From an uncultured Fibrobacterota bacterium (GTDB lineage: Bacteria; Fibrobacterota; Chitinivibrionia; Chitinivibrionales; FEN-1185), in the NCBI GenBank assembly GCA_963729895.1, contig CAVSQB010000005.1, forward strand, positions 352,001 through 416,000: a stretch of 64,000 nt of DNA, in the 5' to 3' direction. Every line of letters starts with the position of its first letter. Position 1 is the first letter of the stretch. The position numbers were made by a program, and so were the translations under genes. Of this stretch, positions 40,314-50,856 are shown piece by piece. Below the pieces are notes generated by a model that was not told where the DNA came from, ran no database searches, and saw only the letters and a program-made list of their open reading frames with translations.

Positions 40314-41084
40314 CTACACGGCCAGTTCGATTCCTATCGGACAATGATCGGACCCCGGCACGTCCTTGAGGATGAAGGCGTCTTTCACCTTGGAGGCCAG
40401 GTCCCGGCTCACAAAGAAATAGTCGATGCGCCAGCCCACGTTCCTCGCCCGCGCGCCGGTTTTAAAGTCCCACCAGGTGTACAGGTCGGGTTCCCGGTGG
40501 AACATCCTGAGCGTGTCCTCGTAGCCGCGCGCTATGTATTTGTCAATCCACGCGCGTTCCGCGGGCAGAAATCCCGACGCCGATTCGTTTTCCCTGGGCC
40601 GGGCGAGGTCGATTTCCGTATGGGCGGTGTTGTAGTCGCCGCACATGACAACGGGAATGTTCTTTTTTCTCAGCCCGTCGCAGAAGGAAAGGAACGCATC
40701 GTAAAAATCCATTTTGTACTGCAGGCGATCTTTGTTCTGTTTCCCGTTCGGGAAGTAGACGTTGAGCAGGGCAAAGGAATCGTAGTAGGCGACAAGCGTG
40801 CGTCCCTCGGCGTCGAACTTGCCGACCCCGAGCCCTTGTTCCACCTTTCTCGGCCGTTGTTTCGTATACAGGACGACGCCGCTGTATCCCTTCTTGTTCT
40901 TTGCCGAATTCCAGTGTGATTCGTAGGTCCCGGGAGAACGTATCGATTCGTCAAGCTCCTGCGGGGCAAATACCTTGGTTTCCTGAAGGCAGATGACGTC
41001 GGCGCCGTCCTTCACCAGCCAATCAAGCATTCCCTTTCCGGCCACCGAGCGGATTCCGTTGACGTTCCAGCTGAGGATTCTCAT
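40314..41084 (-). CDS. xth: Exodeoxyribonuclease III / AP endonuclease
   Basis: ILSWNVNG, CLQETK, GYSG, YFPNG, GDYN, GWRIDY, SDHCP. Confidence 0.93.
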   Translation of the reverse strand: MRILSWNVNGIRSVAGKGMLDWLVKDGADVICLQETKVFAPQELDESIRSPGTYESHWNSAKNKKGYSGVVLYTKQRPRKVEQGLGVGKFDAEGRTLVAYYDSFALLNVYFPNGKQNKDRLQYKMDFYDAFLSFCDGLRKKNIPVVMCGDYNTAHTEIDLARPRENESASGFLPAERAWIDKYIARGYEDTLRMFHREPDLYTWWDFKTGARARNVGWRIDYFFVSRDLASKVKDAFILKDVPGSDHCPIGIELAV

Positions 41085-41125
41085 GATGATGTTCCTTTCG
41101 TCGCGGGGAAAGCGCCCCGCCGGAA

Positions 41126-41482
41126 TCAGGCCCCGCCGTGAAAAAGAAGGCGAATCACCGCGACAATCGCCCCCGCCGAGGCGCACCACGCGACCGTTGA
41201 CATAATAAGACACTGGACCAGGTTGAACCTTCCGATTGAGGAATAGAACGTTCCCAGGAAAACAAGCGTCGTAGGCAAGGCGACCAGTGAAAACAGCGCA
41301 ATTTTCCTGAGGCCTGCGCTGTCGAGGGATTGCCCCGCAAAATACAGGCCGATAATCGTAATGACGGGAAAAAGCATGAAGATCCCGGCCAGCATCGGGT
41401 TTCTCGCTTTGGCAAGCAGCGACACCGCCACCACGAGGCTTCCGCCGGCAATAAATCGGATCGCATATTCGGCGATAGTCAT
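41126..41482 (-). CDS. Small four-TM membrane protein (GlpM/DUF3147-like)
   Basis: RFIAGG, LAGIFMLFP; four hydrophobic segments. Confidence 0.6.
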   Translation of the reverse strand: MTIAEYAIRFIAGGSLVVAVSLLAKARNPMLAGIFMLFPVITIIGLYFAGQSLDSAGLRKIALFSLVALPTTLVFLGTFYSSIGRFNLVQCLIMSTVAWCASAGAIVAVIRLLFHGGA

Positions 41483-41676
41483 ACCCCCCCTTTTTTCAGT
41501 TGATCGACACGGACGGTTCGCATCGTCCGTGTCGCTTTGTCAAAATACAGTCTGGGAGGGCCGCAGGCAAAAGGATGGAAGCCGGGGATTCCGAAAAACG
41601 GGGTTGCTTTCACCACTTGCGGGAGTCGCCACGCATAGTATTTGAAATCCCGTGCTCATTGCATTATCTTTGTCGT

Positions 41677-42012
41677 ATGCCCGTGCGAAAAACAAGGCTC
41701 GATCGCGAAGCGGAAACCGTGTCTGCGATGATCGCCGTTTTTTGCAAAGGTCATCACCGCAACCGCGGGGGCCGCGGGTTGTGCGCCGCATGCTCGGAAC
41801 TTGCCGACTACGCGCTGCACCGTTTGAAGAACTGCAGGTACGGCATTAACAAACCGGTGTGCAGAAACTGCAAGAACCATTGTTACAAACCGGAGTACCG
41901 GGATCGAATCCGCGACGTGATGAGATACAGCGGCCCGCGAATGCTTGGAAAGCATCCGGTCCTTGCAGTCATGCATTTGTTGCACGGGCTTCGTGAAGGC
42001 GGCTATGGGTGA
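41677..42012 (+). CDS. YgbA-like (nitrous oxide-stimulated promoter family) Cys-rich protein
   Basis: MIAVFC..H, CAAC..L.DYA..RL..C, KPVCRNCKNHCYKP, MRYSGPRM. Confidence 0.85.
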   Translation: MPVRKTRLDREAETVSAMIAVFCKGHHRNRGGRGLCAACSELADYALHRLKNCRYGINKPVCRNCKNHCYKPEYRDRIRDVMRYSGPRMLGKHPVLAVMHLLHGLREGGYG

Positions 42013-42135
42013 TTCAGCATCCCCGGCACGAATTTCTTGCGGATTTTTTGACGTGGCAATACCTATTTTAATGAACGACATACGGGTGAAAATCACCCAA
42101 CGGCACACCAAACCGATCAAGCCAAGGACCATCGC

Positions 42136-42630
42136 ATGAAACAGCCGGCGCCAATCCCCAAAAAACCTTCGAATGCGCGGGTCTTTTTCTTCATTTCGCT
42201 GGCGCTGCTCCTGTTGAGCGTCGCGGGTTTTGCCGTTTTTGTCAGCCTGAACCGGACCATAAAGATGACATACGGGAAAGTGGTCGATACCTACACGAAA
42301 AAGGAATTTGCATCCCGAAAACAAACCGTGGACCAGGAATACGATCTGATACGCTACACCGTTGACGGAAAAGAATACCAGGGCAAGACTGCGGCGCCCA
42401 AGACCGGCGGAAGCCCCCAATATGTGCCGGTGTATTATTACGAAAAGTTCCCGTGGGCGGCATGGTATTACAGCAAGAACAACGCCAGCATCATCTTCTG
42501 CTCGCTGTGTGCGGCAATTGCCTTGGGCCTTCTTTTGTATTCCGGCAATCGTCTGCTCAAGAATGCCCGCGCTTCCGCCCCGGCGAAAAAACAGCAGCAA
42601 CCCCCAAAAGGCGAGAAAAGGGCAACGTAA
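42136..42630 (+). CDS. Hypothetical two-TM membrane protein
   Basis: Two hydrophobic helices flanking a beta-rich loop; AAGGA RBS. Confidence 0.6.
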   Translation: MKQPAPIPKKPSNARVFFFISLALLLLSVAGFAVFVSLNRTIKMTYGKVVDTYTKKEFASRKQTVDQEYDLIRYTVDGKEYQGKTAAPKTGGSPQYVPVYYYEKFPWAAWYYSKNNASIIFCSLCAAIALGLLLYSGNRLLKNARASAPAKKQQQPPKGEKRAT

Positions 42631-42704
42631 CCCGCAGCGGTCCGGACCGGCACCGCCGCGCTGCGCCAACCGTCTGCGTGCGTTGCCGAAAAAAAGGAGC
42701 TTAC

Positions 42705-43190
42705 TTGAAACGCGGCGCCGCAATCCTGCTTCTGGGAATTCTTGTCTCCGCCTTGCCGGCATTCTCCCAATCCGATTCGACCCTGCCCAGAGACACGCTG
42801 CCCCTCAACGTACTTATCGCGATGGGAACAAGTTACCTGGAGCAGGCGGTATCCGCAATTGTCAAAGACAGCCTGCAAGCCCGCGGGTATCAAGTGACTA
42901 TTGTCAACATCAAGACCCTTGGAAGGCAGAACCGGCGCAAGTACCGCGCCGCTATCCTGTTTAACGCCGTGAAATCATCGGAGCTTACGCCGGTCGCCAG
43001 GAAATTCGTACGATCACAGGAAGGGCCGGGGGCAGAATCAAACTTGCTTATTTGCGATGTGGACGGCGAAGCATGGAACGGCGAAAGGCAAGGAGTGAAC
43101 GCCGTGGCGTCCGCCACGGTGAAGATGAGGCCCGAAGAAGTCGCCGCGAGAGTTTTGATGAATTTCGACGCCATCACCGGCGGAAAATAG
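42705..43190 (+). CDS. Hypothetical exported protein
   Basis: AAGGAG then TTG at 42705, signal-peptide-like leader ending AFS. Confidence 0.55.
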   Translation: MKRGAAILLLGILVSALPAFSQSDSTLPRDTLPLNVLIAMGTSYLEQAVSAIVKDSLQARGYQVTIVNIKTLGRQNRRKYRAAILFNAVKSSELTPVARKFVRSQEGPGAESNLLICDVDGEAWNGERQGVNAVASATVKMRPEEVAARVLMNFDAITGGK

Positions 43191-43217
43191 GCATTCGCGG
43201 GGTTTCCCCGGCACCGT

Positions 43218-43727
43218 ATGATCGAACCGCTCGGCATCGGCGATTTTGAAAGCATCTATGCCGTGATCAATGATGCGGCCTTCGCCTATGCGGGCTTCAT
43301 CCCGCCCGAGTGCTGGCATGATCCCTATATGTCAAGAAATTCTCTGCGCACGGAAATCGGGCGCGGCGTGGTTTTCCACGGGTACAAAGACGGCGGCATT
43401 CTCGCGGGCGTCATGGGTATGCAGCACGTGGGCGACGTGGCGCTTATCCGGCACGCGTATGTGCGTACGCGCCTGCGCAGGAACGGGATAGGCGGGAAGC
43501 TGCTCTTGTTTCTCCTAAAGCAAACAAATCGCCCGGTCCTCGTCGGTACCTGGAAAGCGGCGACCTGGGCCGTCGCGTTTTACCGGAAGCACGGTTTTGC
43601 GCTCGTTGACGAAGAGACGAAAAATAGTTTGCTGAAAAAATACTGGGTGATTCCGGAACGGCAGATAGAAACGTCGGTGGTTCTGGCCGACAAGACATGG
43701 GCTGGAACCCGTTTTTCTCGAGCATAA
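43218..43727 (+). CDS. GNAT family acetyltransferase
   Basis: IRHAYV, RRNGIGGKLL, AVAFYRKHGF. Confidence 0.88.
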   Translation: MIEPLGIGDFESIYAVINDAAFAYAGFIPPECWHDPYMSRNSLRTEIGRGVVFHGYKDGGILAGVMGMQHVGDVALIRHAYVRTRLRRNGIGGKLLLFLLKQTNRPVLVGTWKAATWAVAFYRKHGFALVDEETKNSLLKKYWVIPERQIETSVVLADKTWAGTRFSRA

Positions 43728-43736
43728 GGAACGACC

Positions 43737-45089
43737 ATGTACGACCTGATCATTGTAGGCGGCGGACCGGCCGGCCACGTCGCCGCGGAACACGCGGGCA
43801 AGGCCGGTTTGTCAACCCTGCTCATCGAGAAAAGCAACCTGGGCGGCGTGTGCCTCAACGAGGGGTGCATACCGTCAAAAACGCTGCTGCATTGCGTCAA
43901 GTTGTTTACTCAGGCCAAGGCTTCGGAAGCGTTCGGCGTGCGCACGACCGGAGCGTCCTTCGATCTTGCGGCCGTCATGGCCCGCAAGCGGAAGACCGTG
44001 GAAACCCTGCGAAACGGGATCGCGTACACGCTTTCAAAAAGCAAGGTTGAAACGGTTGCGGGGTCCGCGGTGGTACGGGGAAGCGGCAGCGGTGCTTTCA
44101 AGGTGTCTGCCGCCGGCCGGGATCTTGAGGCGCGGCGGCTTCTCATTTGCACGGGGTCCGAGGCGATACGGCTGGCGGTGCCGGGGGCGCAGCAGGAATT
44201 CGTGATGACAAACAGGGAAATCCTGTCCCTCACTTCCATCCCGGCAACGATAACGGTGATCGGCGCCGGAGCAATCGGCCTGGAGTTTGCCTCGTTTTTC
44301 GCCGAAGCGGGAAGCAGGGCAAGCGTGGTGGAAATCCTGCCGCACATCGGCGGACGGCTCGACAGGGACATCGGCATCGCCCTGCGACGTGAACTTGAGA
44401 AAAAGGGAATCGCGTTCCATCTGCAATCGAAAGTAACTTCGATAGGCGATCATTCCGTCTCCTTCGAGACCGGCGGGAAAACCGAGACGCTGCCGGCGGA
44501 AATTGTTCTCGTGAGCGTGGGCCGGAACCCTGCCATAACGGGATTCGGCCTCGAAACGCTCGGCGTGTCTGTTGACAAGGGCGCGATTGTGACGGACGAA
44601 CGGTGCAGGACCGCCGTGGAGGGCGTCTGGGCCGCGGGCGACGTCAACGGGGTGTCGATGCTCGCGCACACCGCGTTCCGCGAGGCGCGGGTCTGCATCG
44701 ACGACATGCTCGGCAAACAGGCCCGTGTCAACTACGACGCCATCCCGTCGGTTATCTACACCCACCCGGAGGCCGCCGCGGTTGGCTTGACAAGAGACGA
44801 GGCCGCCGCACGGGGCTTTACTCCCGTTGAGGCGCGGCTGCCCCTCACCTTCAACGGCCGTTACCTTGCGGAAACCGAGGGCGAACGGGGAGCGATACGG
44901 GTGGTTGCCGATGCGAACAGCGGGAGGCTGCTGGGCGTCCACCTGCTCGGCGGCAATTGTTCGGAACTCATCTTCGGCGCGGCCGCAATGATCGAACGCG
45001 GTCTGACGGTAGAGGACGTTTCGAAAATCGTTTTTCCCCATCCGACGATATCCGAGATACTGTGGGACGCGGTTGCACGGCTTGGATAA
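43737..45089 (+). CDS. lpdA: Dihydrolipoyl dehydrogenase
   Basis: GGGPAG, GGVCLNEGCIPSK, GAGAIGLE, AAGDV, MLAH, HPTISE. Confidence 0.92.
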   Translation: MYDLIIVGGGPAGHVAAEHAGKAGLSTLLIEKSNLGGVCLNEGCIPSKTLLHCVKLFTQAKASEAFGVRTTGASFDLAAVMARKRKTVETLRNGIAYTLSKSKVETVAGSAVVRGSGSGAFKVSAAGRDLEARRLLICTGSEAIRLAVPGAQQEFVMTNREILSLTSIPATITVIGAGAIGLEFASFFAEAGSRASVVEILPHIGGRLDRDIGIALRRELEKKGIAFHLQSKVTSIGDHSVSFETGGKTETLPAEIVLVSVGRNPAITGFGLETLGVSVDKGAIVTDERCRTAVEGVWAAGDVNGVSMLAHTAFREARVCIDDMLGKQARVNYDAIPSVIYTHPEAAAVGLTRDEAAARGFTPVEARLPLTFNGRYLAETEGERGAIRVVADANSGRLLGVHLLGGNCSELIFGAAAMIERGLTVEDVSKIVFPHPTISEILWDAVARLG

Positions 45090-45096
45090 GCCTCCT

Positions 45097-46266
45097 ATGC
45101 TCATCATCCATTTGAAGCCGGGCAAAGACAAACCCATCCGCATGGGCCACCCGTGGGTGTTCTCCGGCGCGATTGCTGAAAAGGAAGGGACGGGAGCGGC
45201 CGGAGAGCAGTGCAGCGTCGTGTCCGCCTCGGGCGAGCCGCTCGGCACAGGCTGCTACAACCAACATTCGGCAATCCGGGTGCGCATGCTTGCAGGAAAA
45301 GGAGAAACGTTCGACGCCGGCGTGCTGGCGGGGCGCATCCGGGACGCCGTCGCGCGCCGCGCGCCCATTCTCGTTACGGGCACCGATTCGTGCCGTCTTG
45401 TCAATTCGGAAGGCGACCGCCTGCCGGGGCTGATAGTAGACAAATACGCAAGCGGGGTATGCCTTCAGATCCTTACCGCGGGCATGGAGCGGTACCGGAC
45501 CGCCGTTCTGGACGGCCTCAACCGGTGGTGTACGCCCGCGTTCGTCTATGAACGCTCCGACACGGACGCACGGGCGAGGGAAGGGCTTGCTTTGCAGGAA
45601 GGCCCCGTGAGCGGCGCGATCCCCGGGGAGCTTGTGGTGGCCGAAAACGGGCTCAGGTTTGCGGCCGATCTTTTGGCGGGCCAGAAGACCGGGTTCTTCT
45701 TTGACCAGCGGGAGAACCGGAAGCTGTTCCGCGCCTATGCGGGGGGCAAGGCCGTGTGCGACTGTTTCTGTTATTCTGGAGCGTTTTCGGTGCACGGGCT
45801 TGCCGGAGGCGCCCGTTCGGCGCTGATGGTTGATATATCGGACGCCGCCGTTCTTTCCGCACAAAAGAATTGCCGTCTCAACGGTTTCGGCGCGGAACTA
45901 TCCCAGGGCGTTTCCGCCGACGTGTTCCGGTTTCTGCGCTCAACCGACCGCCGCTTCGGCTGCATCGTGCTCGATCCGCCCAAATTCGCGCGCCACAAGG
46001 GCGAGGTCGAGGCGGCTGCGCGCGGGTACAAGGACATAAACCTGCTTGCGTTCAGGAACGTCGAGCCCGGCGGGATCGTGTTCACCTTTTCGTGTTCAAA
46101 TGCGGTCGACCCGACCCTGTTCAGACAGATTGTGTTTGCGGCGGCTGCGGATTCGGGAAGGTTTGTCACCGTGCTTCACGTGCTTGCGGCCGGACCCGAT
46201 CATCCGTTCAACATCGCCCACCGGGAAGGCGAATACCTCAAGGGACTGGCGTTGAGAGTTGAGTAG
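45097..46266 (+). CDS. rlmI: RlmI/RlmK-like SAM-dependent rRNA methyltransferase
   Basis: GHPWVF PUA domain, EGDRLPGL, GQKTGFFFDQRENR, FCYSGAF, LDPPKF, EYLKG. Confidence 0.85.
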   Translation: MLIIHLKPGKDKPIRMGHPWVFSGAIAEKEGTGAAGEQCSVVSASGEPLGTGCYNQHSAIRVRMLAGKGETFDAGVLAGRIRDAVARRAPILVTGTDSCRLVNSEGDRLPGLIVDKYASGVCLQILTAGMERYRTAVLDGLNRWCTPAFVYERSDTDARAREGLALQEGPVSGAIPGELVVAENGLRFAADLLAGQKTGFFFDQRENRKLFRAYAGGKAVCDCFCYSGAFSVHGLAGGARSALMVDISDAAVLSAQKNCRLNGFGAELSQGVSADVFRFLRSTDRRFGCIVLDPPKFARHKGEVEAAARGYKDINLLAFRNVEPGGIVFTFSCSNAVDPTLFRQIVFAAAADSGRFVTVLHVLAAGPDHPFNIAHREGEYLKGLALRVE

Positions 46267-46716
46267 GGAGCCGAACATCGGCAAAAGAAAGTGCTTGACA
46301 ATTTGCCCGCAATACTGCATATTTATGAGCAGAACAGAGTGCAAAGAACCAGTTTGATCCTGTTTCAGCCTCATACGACACCATATCGGCCCAAGAACCT
46401 ATCTCAAATCGTATTCGATACATACAATCTCCAACAATGGATGTTCATACAAGGGCGTGATTTTTTGTCGAGTGGCACGTTGATGCCTTCTCGCTTGTAG
46501 AATCCAAAGCGAAACACCGATCAGGTCCCAGCAAGGCCGGTTTTCTTCGGCTTTACCGTATATTCGTTTGTCAAAGTAAGCTCGCTTGATGCCGTTCTCC
46601 AAAATTCTTATTGTGAACACGTTTCAAGAGGCTTGTACAGGGCTTTTCCCTGGACGTTGCGCAAGTCCGGCGTCGGGGGAAAAAAATATTCTTTTCAAAA
46701 TTTCACTTGTTGAGGT

Positions 46717-47970
46717 ATGTCGATGAATGTTGCAGAGCTAAAAACAAGGGCGATGACCGAACTCTACGATCTTGCCATCAATCTGAGCGTTGGAGATCAC
46801 AGGAATCTTCGAAGACAGGAACTCATTTTCAAGATTCTTCAGGCGCAGGCCGCCCAGAACGGACAGATGTTCGCCGAGGGTGTACTGGAAATCATGCCCG
46901 ACGGATTCGGGTTTTTGCGGTCTCCGCTCAACAGCTACCTTTCCGGACCCGACGATATTTACGTTTCTCCGTCCCAGATAAAACGGTTCTATCTCAAGAC
47001 CGGGGACACGGTTTCGGGCCAGGTGCGGCCGCCCAAAGACTCCGAGCGCTACTTCGCGCTTCTACGCGTGGAAATGGTCAATTACGAAGACCCGGAGGAA
47101 TGCAAGAAGAAGATAAATTTCGACGACCTTACGCCGCTGTTCCCCCAGGAACGGTTCAACCTGGAATACGACGCAAAGGAAATCTCCACGCGCATCATGA
47201 ACCTTGCCACTCCCATCGGTAAAGGCCAGCGCGGCCTGATCGTGGCGCCGCCCCGTACAGGGAAAACCGTGCTGCTCAAGAACATCGCCAACGCAATCTC
47301 CACCAACCATCCCGAGGCCGTGCTCATTGTGCTGCTCATCGACGAACGGCCCGAGGAAGTCACCGATATGTCGCGGTCTGTAAAGGCAGAAGTGATCAGT
47401 TCCACGTTCGACGAGCCGGCCGAGCGGCACGTGGTGGTGGCCGAAATGGCCATCGAACGTGCAAAGCGCCTGGTGGAGCACAACAAGGACGTGGTGATCC
47501 TGCTCGATTCCATTACCCGTCTGGCAAGGGCGCACAACACCGTGGCGCCGCACTCGGGAAGAATTCTTTCCGGCGGCGTGGACTCCCAGGCGCTGTACAA
47601 ACCCAAGCGGTTCTTCGGCGCGGCGCGCAACATCGACAACGGCGGAAGCCTCACTATAATCGCCACGGCGCTCATCGAAACGGGAAGCCGCATGGACGAG
47701 GTGATTTTCGAGGAATTCAAAGGTACGGGGAACATGGAACTCGTGCTCGACCGGAAGATAGCGGACCGCCGCATCTATCCGGCCATCGACCTCATGAAGA
47801 GCGGCACGCGCAAGGAAGAGCTCCTGCTTACCAAAGAGGAACTCAACCGGATGTGGGTCCTGCGCAAGTTCCTTGCGACCATGACGCCGGTCGAGATGAT
47901 GGAATTTCTCAACGAGAAGATAAGCGGGACCAAGACCAACAAAGACTTTCTGGAGTCGATGAAGAGTTAA
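46717..47970 (+). CDS. rho: Transcription termination factor Rho
   Basis: [45 protein letters not shown]. Confidence 0.98.
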   Translation: MSMNVAELKTRAMTELYDLAINLSVGDHRNLRRQELIFKILQAQAAQNGQMFAEGVLEIMPDGFGFLRSPLNSYLSGPDDIYVSPSQIKRFYLKTGDTVSGQVRPPKDSERYFALLRVEMVNYEDPEECKKKINFDDLTPLFPQERFNLEYDAKEISTRIMNLATPIGKGQRGLIVAPPRTGKTVLLKNIANAISTNHPEAVLIVLLIDERPEEVTDMSRSVKAEVISSTFDEPAERHVVVAEMAIERAKRLVEHNKDVVILLDSITRLARAHNTVAPHSGRILSGGVDSQALYKPKRFFGAARNIDNGGSLTIIATALIETGSRMDEVIFEEFKGTGNMELVLDRKIADRRIYPAIDLMKSGTRKEELLLTKEELNRMWVLRKFLATMTPVEMMEFLNEKISGTKTNKDFLESMKS

Positions 47971-47975
47971 AAAAT

Positions 47976-48062
47976 GGTTGGAGCGTTCGTGCGTTAGAGC
48001 GTTGGAGCGTTGAATAAATCTTCAGTAACCTTCTAACAGTTGAACGCTCCAACGCTCGAACC
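47976..48062. repeat. 8-nt tandem repeats with inverted counterpart
   Basis: GGAGCGTT CGTGCGTT AGAGCGTT GGAGCGTT ... AACGCTCC AACGCTCG. Confidence 0.75.
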
Positions 48063-48068
48063 TTTCTC

Positions 48069-48887
48069 ATGGAGCAACAGATGCGAGTAGCAGTTCTGGG
48101 ATGCGGCAACATGGGACGTGCCATCATCACAAGCCTGCTCAAGCGATACGGCGACATTTCCGTAATCGCGTACGACAAGAGCGAGGCGGTCCTCAAGTTT
48201 CTGCCCGACGAAGCACTGGTTGTTCCGCCCGACGAATGGGACCTGGAAGAAAACCAGGCCGACGCCGTTGTCGTTGCCGTGAAGCCGCAGGACATGGCCG
48301 AGGCGCTCAAGGTGTTTTCCGGCCTTGCAGAACATCCCGATAGTCCGCTCTTCATGTCCATCGCAGCCGGCATGAGCATCGCCGGAATCGAAAAGCTGCT
48401 GCCCGCTCACGCGCGCATTTGCAGGGTGATGCCCAACACGCCGGCACTGGTGGGCGAGGCGATGTCGGCCTACTGCCTCAACGGCCGCTGCCGTGATTCC
48501 GACAAGATACTCGTGGAACAGGTGTTGAGCGCGTTCGGCAAGGTGCTTCGCGTCCAGGAAAAGCTCATGAACGCAGTCACCGGGCTTTCGGGAAGCGGGC
48601 CCGCCTATGTATACCTCTTTATCGAGGCGCTCATCGAAGGCGGAGTGGCTGCCGGCATTCCGTATGCCGTTGCAAAGGAGTGCGCGGTGCAGACCGTTGT
48701 GGGCGCGGCCCGCATGGTGGAACTCCGCGGAGAGTCTCCGTCGGCGCTCAAGGCGGCGGTCATGTCGCCCGGCGGCACCACGGTGCGGGGGCTGCTGGCG
48801 CTCGAGGAAAACAAGTTCAAATTCTCTGTTATCAAGGCTGTCGTGGATGCGTCCGCGCGCGCGGAGGAACTGGGGAAGCTGGAATAG
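48069..48887 (+). CDS. proC: Pyrroline-5-carboxylate reductase
   Basis: GCGNMG, AVKPQ, SIAAG, RVMPNTP, GLSGSGPAY, SPGGTT. Confidence 0.96.
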   Translation: MEQQMRVAVLGCGNMGRAIITSLLKRYGDISVIAYDKSEAVLKFLPDEALVVPPDEWDLEENQADAVVVAVKPQDMAEALKVFSGLAEHPDSPLFMSIAAGMSIAGIEKLLPAHARICRVMPNTPALVGEAMSAYCLNGRCRDSDKILVEQVLSAFGKVLRVQEKLMNAVTGLSGSGPAYVYLFIEALIEGGVAAGIPYAVAKECAVQTVVGAARMVELRGESPSALKAAVMSPGGTTVRGLLALEENKFKFSVIKAVVDASARAEELGKLE

Positions 48888-48935
48888 GATTGCGGTGCCG
48901 CCCGGGGTCGGGTAATGCACGGAGAGGAAATTCGC

Positions 48936-49754
48936 ATGAAAGCCGTTTTTGCCGTCTGCGTAGTGGTGCTGTCGCTCGCCGTTTCCGGTGAGAACGCGCC
49001 CGAAAGCAAGCTGCTTCCGGCCGGGACCCCCGCACCGAGTTTTTCGCTTCCTTCGTTATCGGGTGACCGGGTCTCGCTTTCCACCTATTGCGGAGCGACC
49101 CTTTCCAAGCCCTACCTCAACAAGATCAGGCACACGGTTATCGTCAGTTTTTGGGCCACGTACTGCAAACCGTGCCAGAAGGAAATTCCCGAACTCCAGA
49201 CGTTTGCCGGCAAGCACAAGAAAGACAACGTGATTGTTTTGTGCGTGAGCATAGACAAGGAAGGCGCGGACATCGTGGACCCATTTGTCAAGGAGAAGGG
49301 ATACGCCGTGCAGGTACTGCTCGACCCGTACACCAAGACGTCGGAACGCTACGGCGTCAGGTCGCTTCCCGCCCTCTTTGTGATTGACACTATGGGTATT
49401 ATCCGTTTTGCCTCCCTCGGCTACGACGAGAAGAATCCTCTGGACCCAAAACTCGAAAAGATTCTCAAGGCAATTCGGGAGGGCGCAAAGATCTCCGTGG
49501 CGGAGGAAGGCGGGGCATTTGTTCCCGTTGATACGGTCGGCTCCAGAAATCCAAGGGTCGGGGCCGGCGAGACGCCAAAGCCCCTGCGGCCTTCGCCGAA
49601 GCAGCGATGGAACGCAATTGCCAGAGTGGAATGCGGTGAACCTATCGAAAAGGTGGCTGCCGCCATCGGCGTGACGCCCGCGGAATTGCATGCCTGGTAC
49701 GGAGATCTGAAAAAGGCCGCTTCAGCTATGTGGGCGGGGGACACTACCCGGTAA
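48936..49754 (+). CDS. TlpA-family disulfide reductase with C-terminal HTH-like extension
   Basis: Signal peptide, APSFSL, FWATYCKPCQKEIP, YGVRSLP. Confidence 0.85.
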   Translation: MKAVFAVCVVVLSLAVSGENAPESKLLPAGTPAPSFSLPSLSGDRVSLSTYCGATLSKPYLNKIRHTVIVSFWATYCKPCQKEIPELQTFAGKHKKDNVIVLCVSIDKEGADIVDPFVKEKGYAVQVLLDPYTKTSERYGVRSLPALFVIDTMGIIRFASLGYDEKNPLDPKLEKILKAIREGAKISVAEEGGAFVPVDTVGSRNPRVGAGETPKPLRPSPKQRWNAIARVECGEPIEKVAAAIGVTPAELHAWYGDLKKAASAMWAGDTTR

Positions 49755-49911
49755 CGGTTCCACCGGCCATCGGCCCTTTGTTTTTGACCTTGATGCGTGA
49801 AGCGGTTATTTATATTTCTTGGGAAGGTCGGGGCGCCGGACTGCATAGGTGCACAAGGTGCCGGGTCGAAGGCGATGCCCCTGACACAAGCCCCGGGTGG
49901 AAAAACAAATC

Positions 49912-50772
49912 ATGCCTACTTTTACCATATCGGTCAATAACAAGGCTCTCGGGACATACGTAGTCAAGAAGACCGTTATTTCAATCGGACGCTCTCGCAC
50001 AAACACCATTTCAATTGCCAGCAAGGCAGTCTCCCGCACCCACGTTCGCATCGAGCTCACCCGCGAAGGATGGAGCGTCGCGGATCTCGGATCCCTCAAC
50101 GGCACCTATGTGAATGACATTCGCATCACAAGCGCGTTTCTGTCCGAAGGTGACAAGGTAACCGTTGGTGCTTACACCATACTTTTTTCCCCGGAGCCAT
50201 CACAGGATACCGTGGAAGAGGAACTTCGCCCGGCCGCTCAGGCAGAACCACCGGAAGGCACGGACACCGATGTCCGCGTGGAAGGGGCGCCGCCTGCCAC
50301 CGAAACGGCAATCGCTCCCGCCAAGGATCAGCCCAATCCGCCTCCCGGGCCGCAATCGATGCCGCCGGAACCGGAGCGTGCGGCTGCCGCCTCTTCCCTT
50401 GACGTTACCGGGGAAAAAGCATCGGACGCGGCCCCCGAAGTGTCGGTGCCTCCCGAAACGAAGAACTACCAAATTTCCCCTCAGCACTATGTTGACGAAC
50501 AGGAGAAACGTGCCGGAGGAGAAGAGGACCAGCGGAAGAAGAACGACCGCCTCGCCCTCCTGCGAAGCAACCCCGCGGGACTGCAACTGGAAGACAGGAT
50601 ACGGCTGGCGATATTTGAAAATCCCCTTGCCGACGAAACCAGCATCCGCAAAAGGCTGTCGGACGGCGACTTCGGCGGTGCAACAATCGGTCGATCGGAA
50701 CTGCAATCTCTTCTCAAGCGGCTTGGCCTTGAAACAAAGATCAAGCGGTACCAGTATTTCCTGCACTCGTAA
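49912..50772 (+). CDS. FHA domain protein with Pro/Ala-rich linker and helical C-terminal domain
   Basis: IGRS, VSRTH, DLGSLNGTYVN, GDKVTVG. Confidence 0.88.
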   Translation: MPTFTISVNNKALGTYVVKKTVISIGRSRTNTISIASKAVSRTHVRIELTREGWSVADLGSLNGTYVNDIRITSAFLSEGDKVTVGAYTILFSPEPSQDTVEEELRPAAQAEPPEGTDTDVRVEGAPPATETAIAPAKDQPNPPPGPQSMPPEPERAAAASSLDVTGEKASDAAPEVSVPPETKNYQISPQHYVDEQEKRAGGEEDQRKKNDRLALLRSNPAGLQLEDRIRLAIFENPLADETSIRKRLSDGDFGGATIGRSELQSLLKRLGLETKIKRYQYFLHS

Positions 50773-50856
50773 TTGTTGATTTGCAAAAGAGAAACGCGCC
50801 TCTTTCGCCGCCGGCGGGATTTTTATGTCTGTTTGCGTGAAGCGGGGGCCGAAGTT

